Source: Candidatus Hydrogenedentota bacterium (GTDB lineage: Bacteria > Hydrogenedentota > Hydrogenedentia > Hydrogenedentales > SLHB01). Taken from it: a stretch of DNA of 64,000 nt. The position numbers and the translations under genes are program-made. The notes under the pieces were generated by a model. The model was not told the DNA's origin and did not search any database. It was given only the letters and a program-made list of their open reading frames with translations. Numbering within the stretch: position 1 is the first letter of the stretch; each line of letters opens with the position of its first letter. This document shows, piece after piece, positions 39,073 to 49,212 of the stretch. The stretch spans positions 41,000 through 104,999 of the forward strand of contig JABWCD010000001.1 in assembly GCA_013359265.1 (NCBI GenBank). The letters are read 5' to 3'.

Positions 39073-40875
39073 TTACCCGATGGCGACGACGTCCAGCGTG
39101 CCGTCGAGGAAGCCCCGCTTGCACGCCTGGCGCTGCAGTTTGCCGCTGCTCGTCTTGGTAATCGAGCGCGGCGTTATCACACACACTTTGTGCACGCGCA
39201 AGTCGTGGTCGCGCGCGACAGCCTTTCGCACGGCGGCGAACACCGGCGCGGCGCCCTCGGCGTCCACAATGCCGCCAGCCTCCGCGACAACGACGACGTT
39301 TTCGGCGCCATTTTCGTCCACCGGGAACGAAATGACACAACCGGGACGAATCGCCGCGTGCGCTTTTTCGACGGTCTCCTCGATGTCCTGCGGGTAGTGG
39401 TTCGCACCATCCACAATAATGACGTCCTTAATTCGGCCGGTAACGTAAACGTTGCCATTGTGGATGAAGCCAAGATCGCCCGTGCGCAGGAACGGTCCTT
39501 CACTCGTATCGGAAAGGCGCGCGTTGAACACGCGTTCGGTTTCACGTTCGTTGTTATAGTAGCCCTTCGCGACGGTAGGCCCACTGACCCAAATTTCGCC
39601 GACGGTACCGGGCTTGCACTGAATCCCGGTCTCCGAATCAACGATAATCGTGCGCGTCTGCAGGTGCGACGCGCCGCTGGAAACCAACGTCCGCGATCCG
39701 GGCGCGCCGCGCTCCATGACTACGACACGGTGCTTGATCAACTCGGCTGAGGAAACGGTCAGCACATCGGTCTCGAGGTCCGGCCGCGTTCCGCTGACTT
39801 TCAGCGTCGCCTCGGCAAGACCGTAGCCGGATTTGAAGATGCTCCACGAGACGCCGCATTCCCGGAAAGCCTCGACGAACCGTTCCAGCGTTTCGATGCG
39901 GATCGGTTCCGAACCGTTCGCGGCCGCCACCCAGCATGACAGATCGAGCGACGCCTTCTGCTCCGGCGTGACCTTTCGCGCGCACAAGTCGTACGCGAAG
40001 TTGGGCCCCACGCTCCACGTTGCGCGGTATTTCGATATCGCCTGCAGCCACCGCGCGGGATGCTGAAGGAAATCGAGCGGCGACATGACATAGCAGGGCA
40101 GCTTGCGGTAGATCGGAAGCAACAACCCAAAGATCAGACCCATGTCGTGGTACGCAGGCAGCCAGGTGACTTGGCTCGCTTCCGGTTGTTCGGAGTGCCA
40201 GTAGTAGGACATGTCCCACAGGTTGTAGAGCAAGTTTCCGTGCGTGACCATGACGCCCTTCGGGTCCGACGTCGAGCCTGAAGTGTACTGAAGAAACGCC
40301 ACCGCATCAGTGGTCGAGACGGGACCATGCCAATTCGCGGCTTCGGAATCTTGCACGGTATCCACGGCGATCCAATCGAACTTCGCGAAATCCGCATCCT
40401 GCTGCGCCATCATTTCGACGAGCGGCAGCACCATCGACGTGGTTAGCGCGACGTGCGTGTTCGCATCGTTTGCAATCACTTTGAGGCGCGGCAAACTGCG
40501 ATTCAACCGGCTTGGGTCCGGTGGATACACCGGAACGGCAACGACCCCCGCGTAGAGACAGCCGAGAAAAGTCGCGATGTAATCGAGCCCCGGCGGAAAA
40601 ATCAGTAACGCGCGATCGCCGGGAGAACAATGATTCCGCAAGTGCGCGGCGATTGCGCGCGCACGAATATCGAGTTCCTCGTAGGTCAGTCGCGCGCCTT
40701 CGGTCTCACCGTCGTCCAGGTATTGGTAGGCCATACAGGAGGGGTCGCTCTCAGCGCGCGCTCGGACAAACTCGTCGACCGTCTTGGCATGTATGGGAAT
40801 GCCGGCCGCCAACGCGCGCCGTTCCACATCGTCACTCTGCGCGGCCCATGCGGCGACCGCGGATGATTTCGTCAT
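39073..40875 (-). CDS. fatty acyl-AMP ligase (FAAL)
   Basis: 600 aa adenylate-forming enzyme, FAAL-like N-term and AMP-binding core (YTSGSTSDPKGV), stop abuts PKS start. Confidence 0.85.
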   Translation of the reverse strand: MTKSSAVAAWAAQSDDVERRALAAGIPIHAKTVDEFVRARAESDPSCMAYQYLDDGETEGARLTYEELDIRARAIAAHLRNHCSPGDRALLIFPPGLDYIATFLGCLYAGVVAVPVYPPDPSRLNRSLPRLKVIANDANTHVALTTSMVLPLVEMMAQQDADFAKFDWIAVDTVQDSEAANWHGPVSTTDAVAFLQYTSGSTSDPKGVMVTHGNLLYNLWDMSYYWHSEQPEASQVTWLPAYHDMGLIFGLLLPIYRKLPCYVMSPLDFLQHPARWLQAISKYRATWSVGPNFAYDLCARKVTPEQKASLDLSCWVAAANGSEPIRIETLERFVEAFRECGVSWSIFKSGYGLAEATLKVSGTRPDLETDVLTVSSAELIKHRVVVMERGAPGSRTLVSSGASHLQTRTIIVDSETGIQCKPGTVGEIWVSGPTVAKGYYNNERETERVFNARLSDTSEGPFLRTGDLGFIHNGNVYVTGRIKDVIIVDGANHYPQDIEETVEKAHAAIRPGCVISFPVDENGAENVVVVAEAGGIVDAEGAAPVFAAVRKAVARDHDLRVHKVCVITPRSITKTSSGKLQRQACKRGFLDGTLDVVAIG

Positions 40876-41121
40876 CGCAGAATTCTCCAGACCCTAATAT
40901 GGAATCGCCCGGTGCGGAACATGCGCTCGGCAAACCCCACACGCAGACTTTGACCACGCGACAATGAGGGCGGTTGCACGGCGTCCACACGTCCTGTGGG
41001 CGCGCCGCTTCGACCCTGCCACCCCTAACCTCGCACCGCGTATGCGGTTACGTAATACGTTGACAACAGCTTACCACGTTCCTCTTAGGAACGCAAAACC
41101 CGGATGTGCATGTTCCCGTAA

Positions 41122-41937
41122 TTGACGGGATTCTGGAGCGACTGGAGGTGTGACGTGCGGCTTCCCATTTACCAGATAGACGCATTTACCGGACAGGTAT
41201 TCGGCGGAAACCCGGCGGCGGTCTGCCCACTGGAGCGGTGGCTTCCCGCAGAGCAAATGCAGGCCATCGCCGCGGAGAACAACCTGGCGGAGACCGCCTA
41301 CTTCGTCAAGGAAGGCGAGGCATTCAGGCTTCGATGGTTTACTCCGACGGTCGAAGTAGACTTGTGTGGACACGCCACGCTCGCAGCAGCGTATGTGCTT
41401 TTCGAGTGCCTTGGCTACTCCGGCGACAGAGTAACGTTTCAATCGCAGAGCGGCCCACTTACCGTTGTTCAACGAGGCGCGTTGCTGGAAATGGATTTCC
41501 CCAGCCGGCCGCCGGAACAGTGTGCCGTTCACCCCGAACTCGTCCCCGCGCTGGGTAAGGACCCAGTATCGGTTACTGCGTCGCGCGATTACCTTTGCGT
41601 GTTCGAGTCCGCGGAGGAGGTGCTTGCCCTCAACCCGGACTTCACCCGGTTGAAACAGATCGATCGCTTCGCCGTCATCGCCACCGCGCCGGGAACCGAT
41701 TGCGATTTCGTCTCCCGTTTCTTTGCCCCAGCACAAGGCGTCGACGAAGACCCCGTAACCGGATCGGCGCACTGCACGCTCGTACCGTACTGGTCAAAGC
41801 GCCTCGGCAAGCGATCGCTTCATGCGCGGCAAGTTTCCCGCCGGGGCGGCGAACTCTTCTGCGAGGACAGGGATGATCGCGTGGCGATTGCGGGAAACGC
41901 AGTCCTGTATATGCGGGGTGAGATTGAGATCGCGTAG
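41122..41937 (+). CDS. PhzF family isomerase
   Basis: LPIYQIDAFT N-terminal signature, 2 DAP-epimerase-like halves; possible GTG start near 41158. Confidence 0.8.
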   Translation: MTGFWSDWRCDVRLPIYQIDAFTGQVFGGNPAAVCPLERWLPAEQMQAIAAENNLAETAYFVKEGEAFRLRWFTPTVEVDLCGHATLAAAYVLFECLGYSGDRVTFQSQSGPLTVVQRGALLEMDFPSRPPEQCAVHPELVPALGKDPVSVTASRDYLCVFESAEEVLALNPDFTRLKQIDRFAVIATAPGTDCDFVSRFFAPAQGVDEDPVTGSAHCTLVPYWSKRLGKRSLHARQVSRRGGELFCEDRDDRVAIAGNAVLYMRGEIEIA

Positions 41938-41964
41938 GTTGGCTCGCGCGTAGCCCTACCCAGA

Positions 41965-42630
41965 TTATTCGGCTGGACCACACACCGCCGGGATGCCGAT
42001 ATCGGCGACAACCACCCTGCCGAGGTAAGTCCGCGCGTTCGGATTGGTGAAGCCGCACTTTTGAAACTGAAACGTGACCGTTACGTCCGCTCGGATGCAA
42101 TTGCCACAGACCTCGCCCGTATCGGCGTTTAGGCCGGAGGGTAAATCGACCGCGATCGTGCGCACGCCGGGCCACGCATCGATGGCGGCGCGGATGGGGC
42201 CTCTGACCTCACCCTGAGTTCCAGTGCCAAGCAGCGCGTCCACGAGCACCGCGCAGTCGGAGAGTTCGCGAACGGCGTCTGCTGCTTGGTCCTCGGTTTG
42301 CGCGACGCGAATCGCCCCCCCGAGGTTTTGGTAAACGCGCAGGTACGCCGCCGCGTCGCCTACGATCACCGCGGGATCGGCTATTAGAACGACCCGCGTT
42401 TCGAGGCCGGCCAGGAGCGCAAACCGCGCGACCACGAATCCATCGCCGCCGTTGTTGCCCTTGCCGCAGACCACGCCGACCGGGCCACGTTCAATCTCGC
42501 GGAACACCGCGGCGCCCGCGTTATTCATCAGCACTGCACCGGGAATGCCAATCTCTTCTATGCACCTGCGATCAATTTCGCGCATTTCCGCCGCGGTTAC
42601 ATAGCGGACGACTCTTTCGTCCACATTCAT
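41965..42630 (-). CDS. NAD(P)H-hydrate epimerase (YjeF N-terminal domain only)
   Basis: GKGNNGGDG motif; 221 aa; 4-nt overlap with upstream gene. Confidence 0.8.
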   Translation of the reverse strand: MNVDERVVRYVTAAEMREIDRRCIEEIGIPGAVLMNNAGAAVFREIERGPVGVVCGKGNNGGDGFVVARFALLAGLETRVVLIADPAVIVGDAAAYLRVYQNLGGAIRVAQTEDQAADAVRELSDCAVLVDALLGTGTQGEVRGPIRAAIDAWPGVRTIAVDLPSGLNADTGEVCGNCIRADVTVTFQFQKCGFTNPNARTYLGRVVVADIGIPAVCGPAE

Positions 42631-43778
42631 TTTGCGACCGGGCGTTCGGCAGTCCGCAGCGACGACGGCATACCAGGGACGTCAATACGGACTTTGGAAT
42701 CGCGGACTGTTTCGCCGTCAACGTCGTACACCCACAGTTTTCGCACGGGGTGGCAGCCGACAACGATATGTTTGCCGTCTTGTGTGAACGCGACACCTTC
42801 GGGTATTGGGCCGGTGGCGAGTATCTGGACTACTTCAAATGTCTTGCCGCGCCGCGCAAGGATGATCAGCTTACCGCCGTCCTCGTGAAACGGCTCGCCC
42901 TTCGGAAGGTTGCTGCCGCCAATGAGTACAGCGGCTATCAGCGTGCCGTCCGGGCTGACCTCGAGGGACTCCGGCCCCCCGCCAATCGGGATGTAGTCGG
43001 TCGTCCGCGGCGGCTCCTGCGTCAGGTCAACGACGGTAATCGCGTCTGTATCCGGGATTCCCTGGCCCGAACCCGCGGTGACTCCGAGCGTGCCGTCCGG
43101 CGTGATAGCGACGCGGTACGGCTTTCCGCAGGTGGACAGCTTTCGCTTGTCCGAGGTCACCATACCCTCGTGGAGGTGAAGCATCGCCAGATATCCGCCA
43201 TTGCACACACTTGCGAGGGCCAACTTGCCGTCAGGACTAATCGCGACGTCCGCGACGTTGTCCTCCGGTTTACACAACTCGATGGTTTGCCTCAGGGTGA
43301 CGGTTTTGCCCTCGATACTGAGCAGTGAAACGGTTCCTCCCGCACGATTGGCGACAAGGGCAAAACGGCCATCGCGAGTAATGGACAGGCCGGACGGCTG
43401 CTTTCCGCCCTCGATCTCCTGGATGACAGACGGCGGATCCGACTGCAAATCAAGCACATAGATGCGGCTGGCGGGCACGTATTTCGATGTGTCGGCAGGG
43501 TCCTGCTGAATCGAGTCCGCGACCAGCGCTATGGATTCGTCCGGCGCGACGGCGACATTTGACGGGGGCCCGATGACGCTGTTGCTGACCCCGGTCACAT
43601 GACGCACCGAAGGGGGAAAAGACGCGAAATCGAGAATGGAAATCGAGTCGGGCGGCGCGCCGGGAATGAATTTTGGGGTGCCCTTGGTCAGGTCCACCTT
43701 GTTTTCGTTTCCGGAGATCATCAACTGACCGTGGGCGCACGTAAGGCACGCCAACGCCGCGAACAGGACCGTCTTCAT
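42627..43778 (-). CDS. secreted beta-propeller protein (YncE/lactonase-like)
   Basis: Signal MKTVLFAALACLTCAHG; repeated ISPDG / VSPDG blade motifs. Confidence 0.6.
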   Translation of the reverse strand: MKTVLFAALACLTCAHGQLMISGNENKVDLTKGTPKFIPGAPPDSISILDFASFPPSVRHVTGVSNSVIGPPSNVAVAPDESIALVADSIQQDPADTSKYVPASRIYVLDLQSDPPSVIQEIEGGKQPSGLSITRDGRFALVANRAGGTVSLLSIEGKTVTLRQTIELCKPEDNVADVAISPDGKLALASVCNGGYLAMLHLHEGMVTSDKRKLSTCGKPYRVAITPDGTLGVTAGSGQGIPDTDAITVVDLTQEPPRTTDYIPIGGGPESLEVSPDGTLIAAVLIGGSNLPKGEPFHEDGGKLIILARRGKTFEVVQILATGPIPEGVAFTQDGKHIVVGCHPVRKLWVYDVDGETVRDSKVRIDVPGMPSSLRTAERPVAK

Positions 43779-43906
43779 ACACCTCTCCCCTGCGCTGTTT
43801 GGACATGGCACGTCGCCAATGCGCGATAATAGCGCATTGACCGCCACTGAAACAGCTTTGGTTCAGGTGGTTTGAAAGACGCTGGCGAACTGGGCGCGAA
43901 GGACTA

Positions 43907-44089
43907 CTACTTGCCGCAGGTGGGCACCGGGTCCATTTTCCCGGTGCGTTCGCACAGGCTTACCCATTCCTCATCGGACATGGTGTCGTAGGCATCGGAT
44001 TCCAGCGCGAGCCAGCACAATTCCTGCTCGCGAAGCATCGCGTTTGCGTCGTGCCCGCTCTTCTCGGGCTGTGAGGGTTGCTTGACCAT
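43907..44089 (-). CDS. possible small hypothetical protein in divergent intergenic region
   Basis: 60-aa ORF with protein-like composition (MVKQPSQPEK...); no domain. Confidence 0.2.
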   Translation of the reverse strand: MVKQPSQPEKSGHDANAMLREQELCWLALESDAYDTMSDEEWVSLCERTGKMDPVPTCGK

Positions 44090-44281
44090 AGAACCGATAC
44101 TATAGCAAAAAAGGAAGCGCGGAGCAACGGTCGCGTTGGACGAACAAGTTTCCGTACATTTTCGCACTCGCCTCACTTTCGGGCCTGCCGAACGTGGCGC
44201 GTGACTTTCCGTGCCCACTCCTGTATCCTACGCCCGCACTGTAACGATACGACCAAAATACCCGCTCGGACACCACAATAT

Positions 44282-45313
44282 ATGACCGAATCCATCCCCC
44301 CCCAAGACCCCGAAAGTTCACTCCGTAGCCAATGGAAAGCGCTGGTCGCACGTTACCACCGGCCAAGCCACGGCAGAAGCATCTGGCAACTCGCCAACAC
44401 CATCGTTCCGTATGCACTGGGCCTTGGCCTTATGTATTGGAGCCTGAACATCTCGTACCTCCTGACGCTCGTCTTGGCCGTACCGACGGCTGGGCTGCTT
44501 GTGCGCATTTTCATAATTTCGCACGACTGCGGGCACGGCGCGTACTTCCGGTCGCGCCGCGCAAACGATATCGTGGGCGGTATTACGTCGTTTCTGTGCC
44601 TCACCCCCTACCACTATTGGAAGCACGAGCACGCCGTTCACCATGCCTGTGCGGGCAATCTGGATGAGCGAGGCCGGGGCGACATTTGGACGATGACGGT
44701 GAAGGAATACGCCGCGGCATCCCGCATCAAGCGGCTCGCATACCGCCTGTACCGCAATCCCATCATTTTGTTTGGAATCGGCGCGTTCTCGGTATTCATG
44801 TTCGAGTACCGGGTGCCGCCCAAGAACGGGACCGCCCGCGACAGAAGAAGCGTTTGGCGCACGAACGCGGGCTTGGCCGCCGTCCTCGTGCTGGCGCATT
44901 TCACGATCGGCCTGAAGGCGCTGGCGCTGATACACATGCCGGTGCTCTTACTGGCGGCGGGCGCCGGCGCATGGCTGTTCTATGTGCAGCACCAATTCGA
45001 GGACGTTTACTGGGCGCGGGACAACGAGTGGGACTACGTCGCGGCGTGCATGCAGGGCAGTTCCTACTACAGGCTGCCGCGCGTGTTGCAGTGGTTTACG
45101 GGGAACATCGGCTTTCACCACATCCATCATTTAAGCGCGAAGATTCCAAACTACTTCCTTGAGAAATGCCACAAAGAAAACCCGATTATGCAGCGGGTGC
45201 ACCAATTGTCGTTGTGGTCGAGCCTGCGGTGCATGCGCTTTCGCCTCTGGGACGAGGAAAAGAGACAACTCATCACCTTCGCACAGTACCGGAGGTATGA
45301 CCGCGCCGCCTGA
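44282..45313 (+). CDS. membrane fatty acid desaturase
   Basis: Three His boxes HDCGH, HAVHH, HHIHH with TM segments; ATG at 44282. Confidence 0.85.
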   Translation: MTESIPPQDPESSLRSQWKALVARYHRPSHGRSIWQLANTIVPYALGLGLMYWSLNISYLLTLVLAVPTAGLLVRIFIISHDCGHGAYFRSRRANDIVGGITSFLCLTPYHYWKHEHAVHHACAGNLDERGRGDIWTMTVKEYAAASRIKRLAYRLYRNPIILFGIGAFSVFMFEYRVPPKNGTARDRRSVWRTNAGLAAVLVLAHFTIGLKALALIHMPVLLLAAGAGAWLFYVQHQFEDVYWARDNEWDYVAACMQGSSYYRLPRVLQWFTGNIGFHHIHHLSAKIPNYFLEKCHKENPIMQRVHQLSLWSSLRCMRFRLWDEEKRQLITFAQYRRYDRAA

Positions 45314-45723
45314 AGGCGGGTCCCGCGCCCGGTTCCTACTTGCGGCCCGAAGGTTTGTGGAACGAGAGCGGGGCTTTGCGCGCCGCGGGGATACGCCCCG
45401 CTTTAACCGAGGGGCCGTGCGGCTTTTTCAACAACTCGTCGCCGTGGCGGTCGTTTGCCCACGGAACGTTGTGGGCCGGCTTTACAGTGGAATCGCGTGA
45501 AGCAAGTTTCGCGGCGGCCTTTGCTAGCATCATGGCAGGTGCCTTTCGTTGAAATCGTTTCCAACGTCGGCGCTGATGGCTACATGCCGAGAGCGTCTAC
45601 CCGCATTATACCACGCGCGTATGCTTTCGACCTCGTATCTCCTGTAAACTGACCACGTAGCGTGGCCGAGTGGGGCGAGTCAGCAGCCGCGCAGGACCCC
45701 CAACAGACCTTTAGATTGCGGTA

Positions 45724-48700
45724 ATGGAATATCAACGAAGCACCTATTTCCCCTTCGGGTTCGCCCTGCGCGGCGACGTGTGGCGCCGCTACAACGTAGG
45801 CGAACTTGCCGGTACCGGCGAACAGGACAACAAACCGATCGATACGCGATCGGTGCGGCTCTTCGCGCAGCGCGTCAACGACGACCACGGCGCCCACGCC
45901 GAGTCCGCTCCTCCTCTCGGCGCGGGACAACTGCTCACGCTCGGCGTTCTGACGGAAATCCTCCGCTACCTCATCGACTATTATTGCGTCCGGCAAGTCC
46001 CGGGCGCGATGCAGTCCGCGTTCGCCTTCACGAAGTCCCGCGAAGGCGGACCCGTCGTGGACGAGCCGCCACCCGTGTTTGTCGAAGAATTCCCTCCGCA
46101 ACGCGTGCAGTTGGGCAACGTTCGGCCGGCTGAGTTCTTGGCGTCGACGGAAGAGGACCGCCCCGCACGAGAATTGACCGCGCGGGAAATGGTCTTGCTC
46201 AGTTTGTCGATGTCGAACCCCGCCATGCGCGCCTTCTTTCCATTGTTTGCCGACGACTCGTTGCGCGCCCGCGCGCCGTATGTGCCGCTCGTGGTGAACA
46301 TCGAGCAGTTCTTCAACGGTCAGCCCGAGCTCGATCTCCTGGGCGAGCCGCTTTTCGAATGCTTGCGCGCACCCATGCGCGCCGCGCCCGATTCGCTCGA
46401 AGGCCAACTCGACTTCATCCGCAAGAAATGGGGCCACATCCTTCCATCGGGCCTCGTCGATCGGCTGTTGAAAATTCAGGACATCCTCGGCGAGGAATAC
46501 AAGCATCGTGGCGGCTTCGTTCCCGGCGGCATGGTCGAGGTCATGCGCTTTGGCGCGCGTCCGGGCGAAGGCGCGGACGTCTATCCCGAGTTCGAGCGCT
46601 TTTCCGCGGACGCGGACTGGATGTCGAACGTCGTCATGATCGCCAAGAGCGCGTACGTGTGGCTCGACCAGTTGTCGAAGAAATACAAGCGGCACATTCA
46701 CCGGCTCGATCAGATTCCGGAGGAAGAACTCGATCGATTGGCGCGATGGGGTTTCAACGGGTTGTGGTTGATTGGTCTGTGGGAACGCTCCGAAGCGTCG
46801 GCGACCATCAAGCGAATCATGGGCAATCCGGACGCAGTGTCGTCGGCGTACTCGCTATTCGATTATGACATCGCGCACGACCTCGGCGGGGAGGAAGCCT
46901 ACGCGAATTTGCGCGAACGCGCGCGCGCGCGCGGCATTCGACTGGCGAGCGATATGGTGCCGAATCACATGGGCATGTTCTCGCGGTGGGTGATCGAGCA
47001 TCCGCATTGGTTCATTCAGTTGCCCCACCCGCCATACCCGAATTACTCGTTCAACGGCCCAAACCTGTCGCACGATCCGCGCGTAGGACTGTATATCGAA
47101 GACGGATACTGGACGCATCGCGACGCGGCGGTCGTGTTCAAGCGCGTCGACCATCACACCGGCGAAACGCGCTACATCTACCACGGCAACGATGGCACGA
47201 GTATGCCGTGGAACGATACGGCGCAACTGAACTATCTGATGCCGGAAGTGCGCGAAGCGGTGATCCAGACGATCCTGCACGTCGCAAGGAAGTTCCCAAT
47301 CATCCGGTTCGATGCGGCGATGACGCTTGCCAAGAAACATTTTCAGCGCCTGTGGTACCCGAAGCTGGGCGACGCCGGCGCGATTCCGTCACGCGCCGAG
47401 CATGGCATGAGCCGCCACGAGTTCGATCGCGCGATGCCGGAGGAATTCTGGCGCGAAGTCGTCGACCGCGTGGCGCGCGAGGTTCCGGATACGCTGCTCC
47501 TCGCCGAAGCGTTTTGGCTCATGGAGGGCTACTTCGTCCGCACGCTGGGCATGCACCGCGTGTACAACAGCGCGTTCATGAACATGCTGAAAATGGAGCA
47601 AAACGCAAATTACCGCGCGACTGTGCGAAACGTGCTCGAGTTCAGTCCCGAAATTCTCAAACGGTTCGTGAATTTCATGAACAATCCGGACGAACGCACT
47701 GCTGTCGAGCAATTTGGCAAGGGCGACAAGTACATCGGGTGCTGCCTGCTGATGATCACGATGCCGGGCCTGCCGATGTTCGGGCACGGCCAAATCGAGG
47801 GCTACACCGAAAAATACGGCATGGAATACCGCCGCGCGTACTGGGACGAACACGTGGACGAAGACCTCGTCCGCCGGCACGAACGCGAACTTTTTCCGCT
47901 CATGCATAAGCGATACCTATTCAGCGGGGTCGAGCACTTCGCCTTCTATGATTTCCACACGCCGCACGGACACGTGGACGAGAACGTGTTCGCGTACTCG
48001 AACCGTGCCGGCGGCGAGCGATCGCTGATCTTTTACAACAACGCCTACAGCACGACAGCGGGATGGATCAAGCAATCGACCGGGCTCAACACCGGCCGGG
48101 GCGACGAGGGCCGAATTATCTCGAAGTCGCTCTCCGAATCTCTTGGGCTGCGCCGGGAAGATAATCTTTACTATGCGTTTCGCGATCACCGGGACGGGCT
48201 CGAGTACATTCGGCACTCGAAGCAACTCTGCGACGAGGGCATGTTTGTGAACCTGCACGGATATCAATGGCACGCGTTCATCGATTGGCGCGAAATTGTC
48301 GATACCGACGGTTCCTGGGGCGACCTCGCGTGGCATCTCGAAGGCCGCGGTGTCGGAGACCTTGGGTACGAGCGACGCGCACGTGAACTCGCCCCTGTGC
48401 TGAACTCGTTCAACGCGTACTTCAACGACGGTCAATTGAAATCGTTGTTGGCTACGGCAGCGCCGGATACGGCCGAGACGCAACGCGCCGGCGCAATGCG
48501 CCGGCCCTTGGAGGATTTTCTGCGCGAACTCGGCGCGCGAACTCGCATCCACGATGATGCCGGCGAACTGCTCATGCCTTCGGTACATAGCATTCAATAT
48601 TGGCGCCGCCAGATTGCTGAACACCGGAAACACGCCGGCGCCGGCGAGGAAACGACTGTCGACGTTACGCGCTGGGTCCTCCCGATGGCGTATGCGCTGC

Positions 48701-49209
48701 TGAAACCCGTAAGTGTTGCGGTCGCGCGCGGCGGCGATTTGCACGACGGCGCAGCCTGGCTTGATTCGTGGCTTGTTTCCCGAAACGTCTTGTCGACCTT
48801 GGCCGAAGTATTGGGAGACCAATGGAAAGGCGAGTTGGCCTTCCGCGCATTGCGCGTGGCGCTGCGTTTCGCCGAACATGGACTCCACCGCGTGGACGCG
48901 CCGCCGGCGCTGCTGTCGCAATTCCAGCACATGCTCGATGATCCCGATGCGCAACAGTTTCTTATGTTCAACGAGCACGAGGGCGTTGTCTACTTCAATC
49001 GTGAACAACTGGAGGATTTGCTTCGCGCATTCGGCGACGTTCGCGCACCCGCGTTCGAGCGGATTCACCATGCCGAAGCCCGGGGTGTCGCGCTGGAAGA
49101 GGAACGCGCTGCGCGGCAGGCCCTTCTCGATGCGGCCGCGTTCGGTGGCTATCGCGTTGAGCGGCTGCGGGAGTTCATCGACGAGCAGATTGAAGACGGC
49201 GAGGTTTGA
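45724..49209 (+). CDS. large alpha-amylase-family (GH13-like) multidomain protein
   Basis: GH13 regions I DMVPNHMG, II IRFDAAMTL, III LLAEAFW, IV FMNNPDE in central third; 1161 aa with long N- and C-terminal extensions. Confidence 0.65.
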   Translation: MEYQRSTYFPFGFALRGDVWRRYNVGELAGTGEQDNKPIDTRSVRLFAQRVNDDHGAHAESAPPLGAGQLLTLGVLTEILRYLIDYYCVRQVPGAMQSAFAFTKSREGGPVVDEPPPVFVEEFPPQRVQLGNVRPAEFLASTEEDRPARELTAREMVLLSLSMSNPAMRAFFPLFADDSLRARAPYVPLVVNIEQFFNGQPELDLLGEPLFECLRAPMRAAPDSLEGQLDFIRKKWGHILPSGLVDRLLKIQDILGEEYKHRGGFVPGGMVEVMRFGARPGEGADVYPEFERFSADADWMSNVVMIAKSAYVWLDQLSKKYKRHIHRLDQIPEEELDRLARWGFNGLWLIGLWERSEASATIKRIMGNPDAVSSAYSLFDYDIAHDLGGEEAYANLRERARARGIRLASDMVPNHMGMFSRWVIEHPHWFIQLPHPPYPNYSFNGPNLSHDPRVGLYIEDGYWTHRDAAVVFKRVDHHTGETRYIYHGNDGTSMPWNDTAQLNYLMPEVREAVIQTILHVARKFPIIRFDAAMTLAKKHFQRLWYPKLGDAGAIPSRAEHGMSRHEFDRAMPEEFWREVVDRVAREVPDTLLLAEAFWLMEGYFVRTLGMHRVYNSAFMNMLKMEQNANYRATVRNVLEFSPEILKRFVNFMNNPDERTAVEQFGKGDKYIGCCLLMITMPGLPMFGHGQIEGYTEKYGMEYRRAYWDEHVDEDLVRRHERELFPLMHKRYLFSGVEHFAFYDFHTPHGHVDENVFAYSNRAGGERSLIFYNNAYSTTAGWIKQSTGLNTGRGDEGRIISKSLSESLGLRREDNLYYAFRDHRDGLEYIRHSKQLCDEGMFVNLHGYQWHAFIDWREIVDTDGSWGDLAWHLEGRGVGDLGYERRARELAPVLNSFNAYFNDGQLKSLLATAAPDTAETQRAGAMRRPLEDFLRELGARTRIHDDAGELLMPSVHSIQYWRRQIAEHRKHAGAGEETTVDVTRWVLPMAYALLKPVSVAVARGGDLHDGAAWLDSWLVSRNVLSTLAEVLGDQWKGELAFRALRVALRFAEHGLHRVDAPPALLSQFQHMLDDPDAQQFLMFNEHEGVVYFNREQLEDLLRAFGDVRAPAFERIHHAEARGVALEEERAARQALLDAAAFGGYRVERLREFIDEQIEDGEV

Positions 49210-49212
49210 AAG

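Noticed and set aside
45580-46701. 373-aa minus-strand ORF
   Set aside because: Antisense to the 5-prime part of the GH13-like gene.
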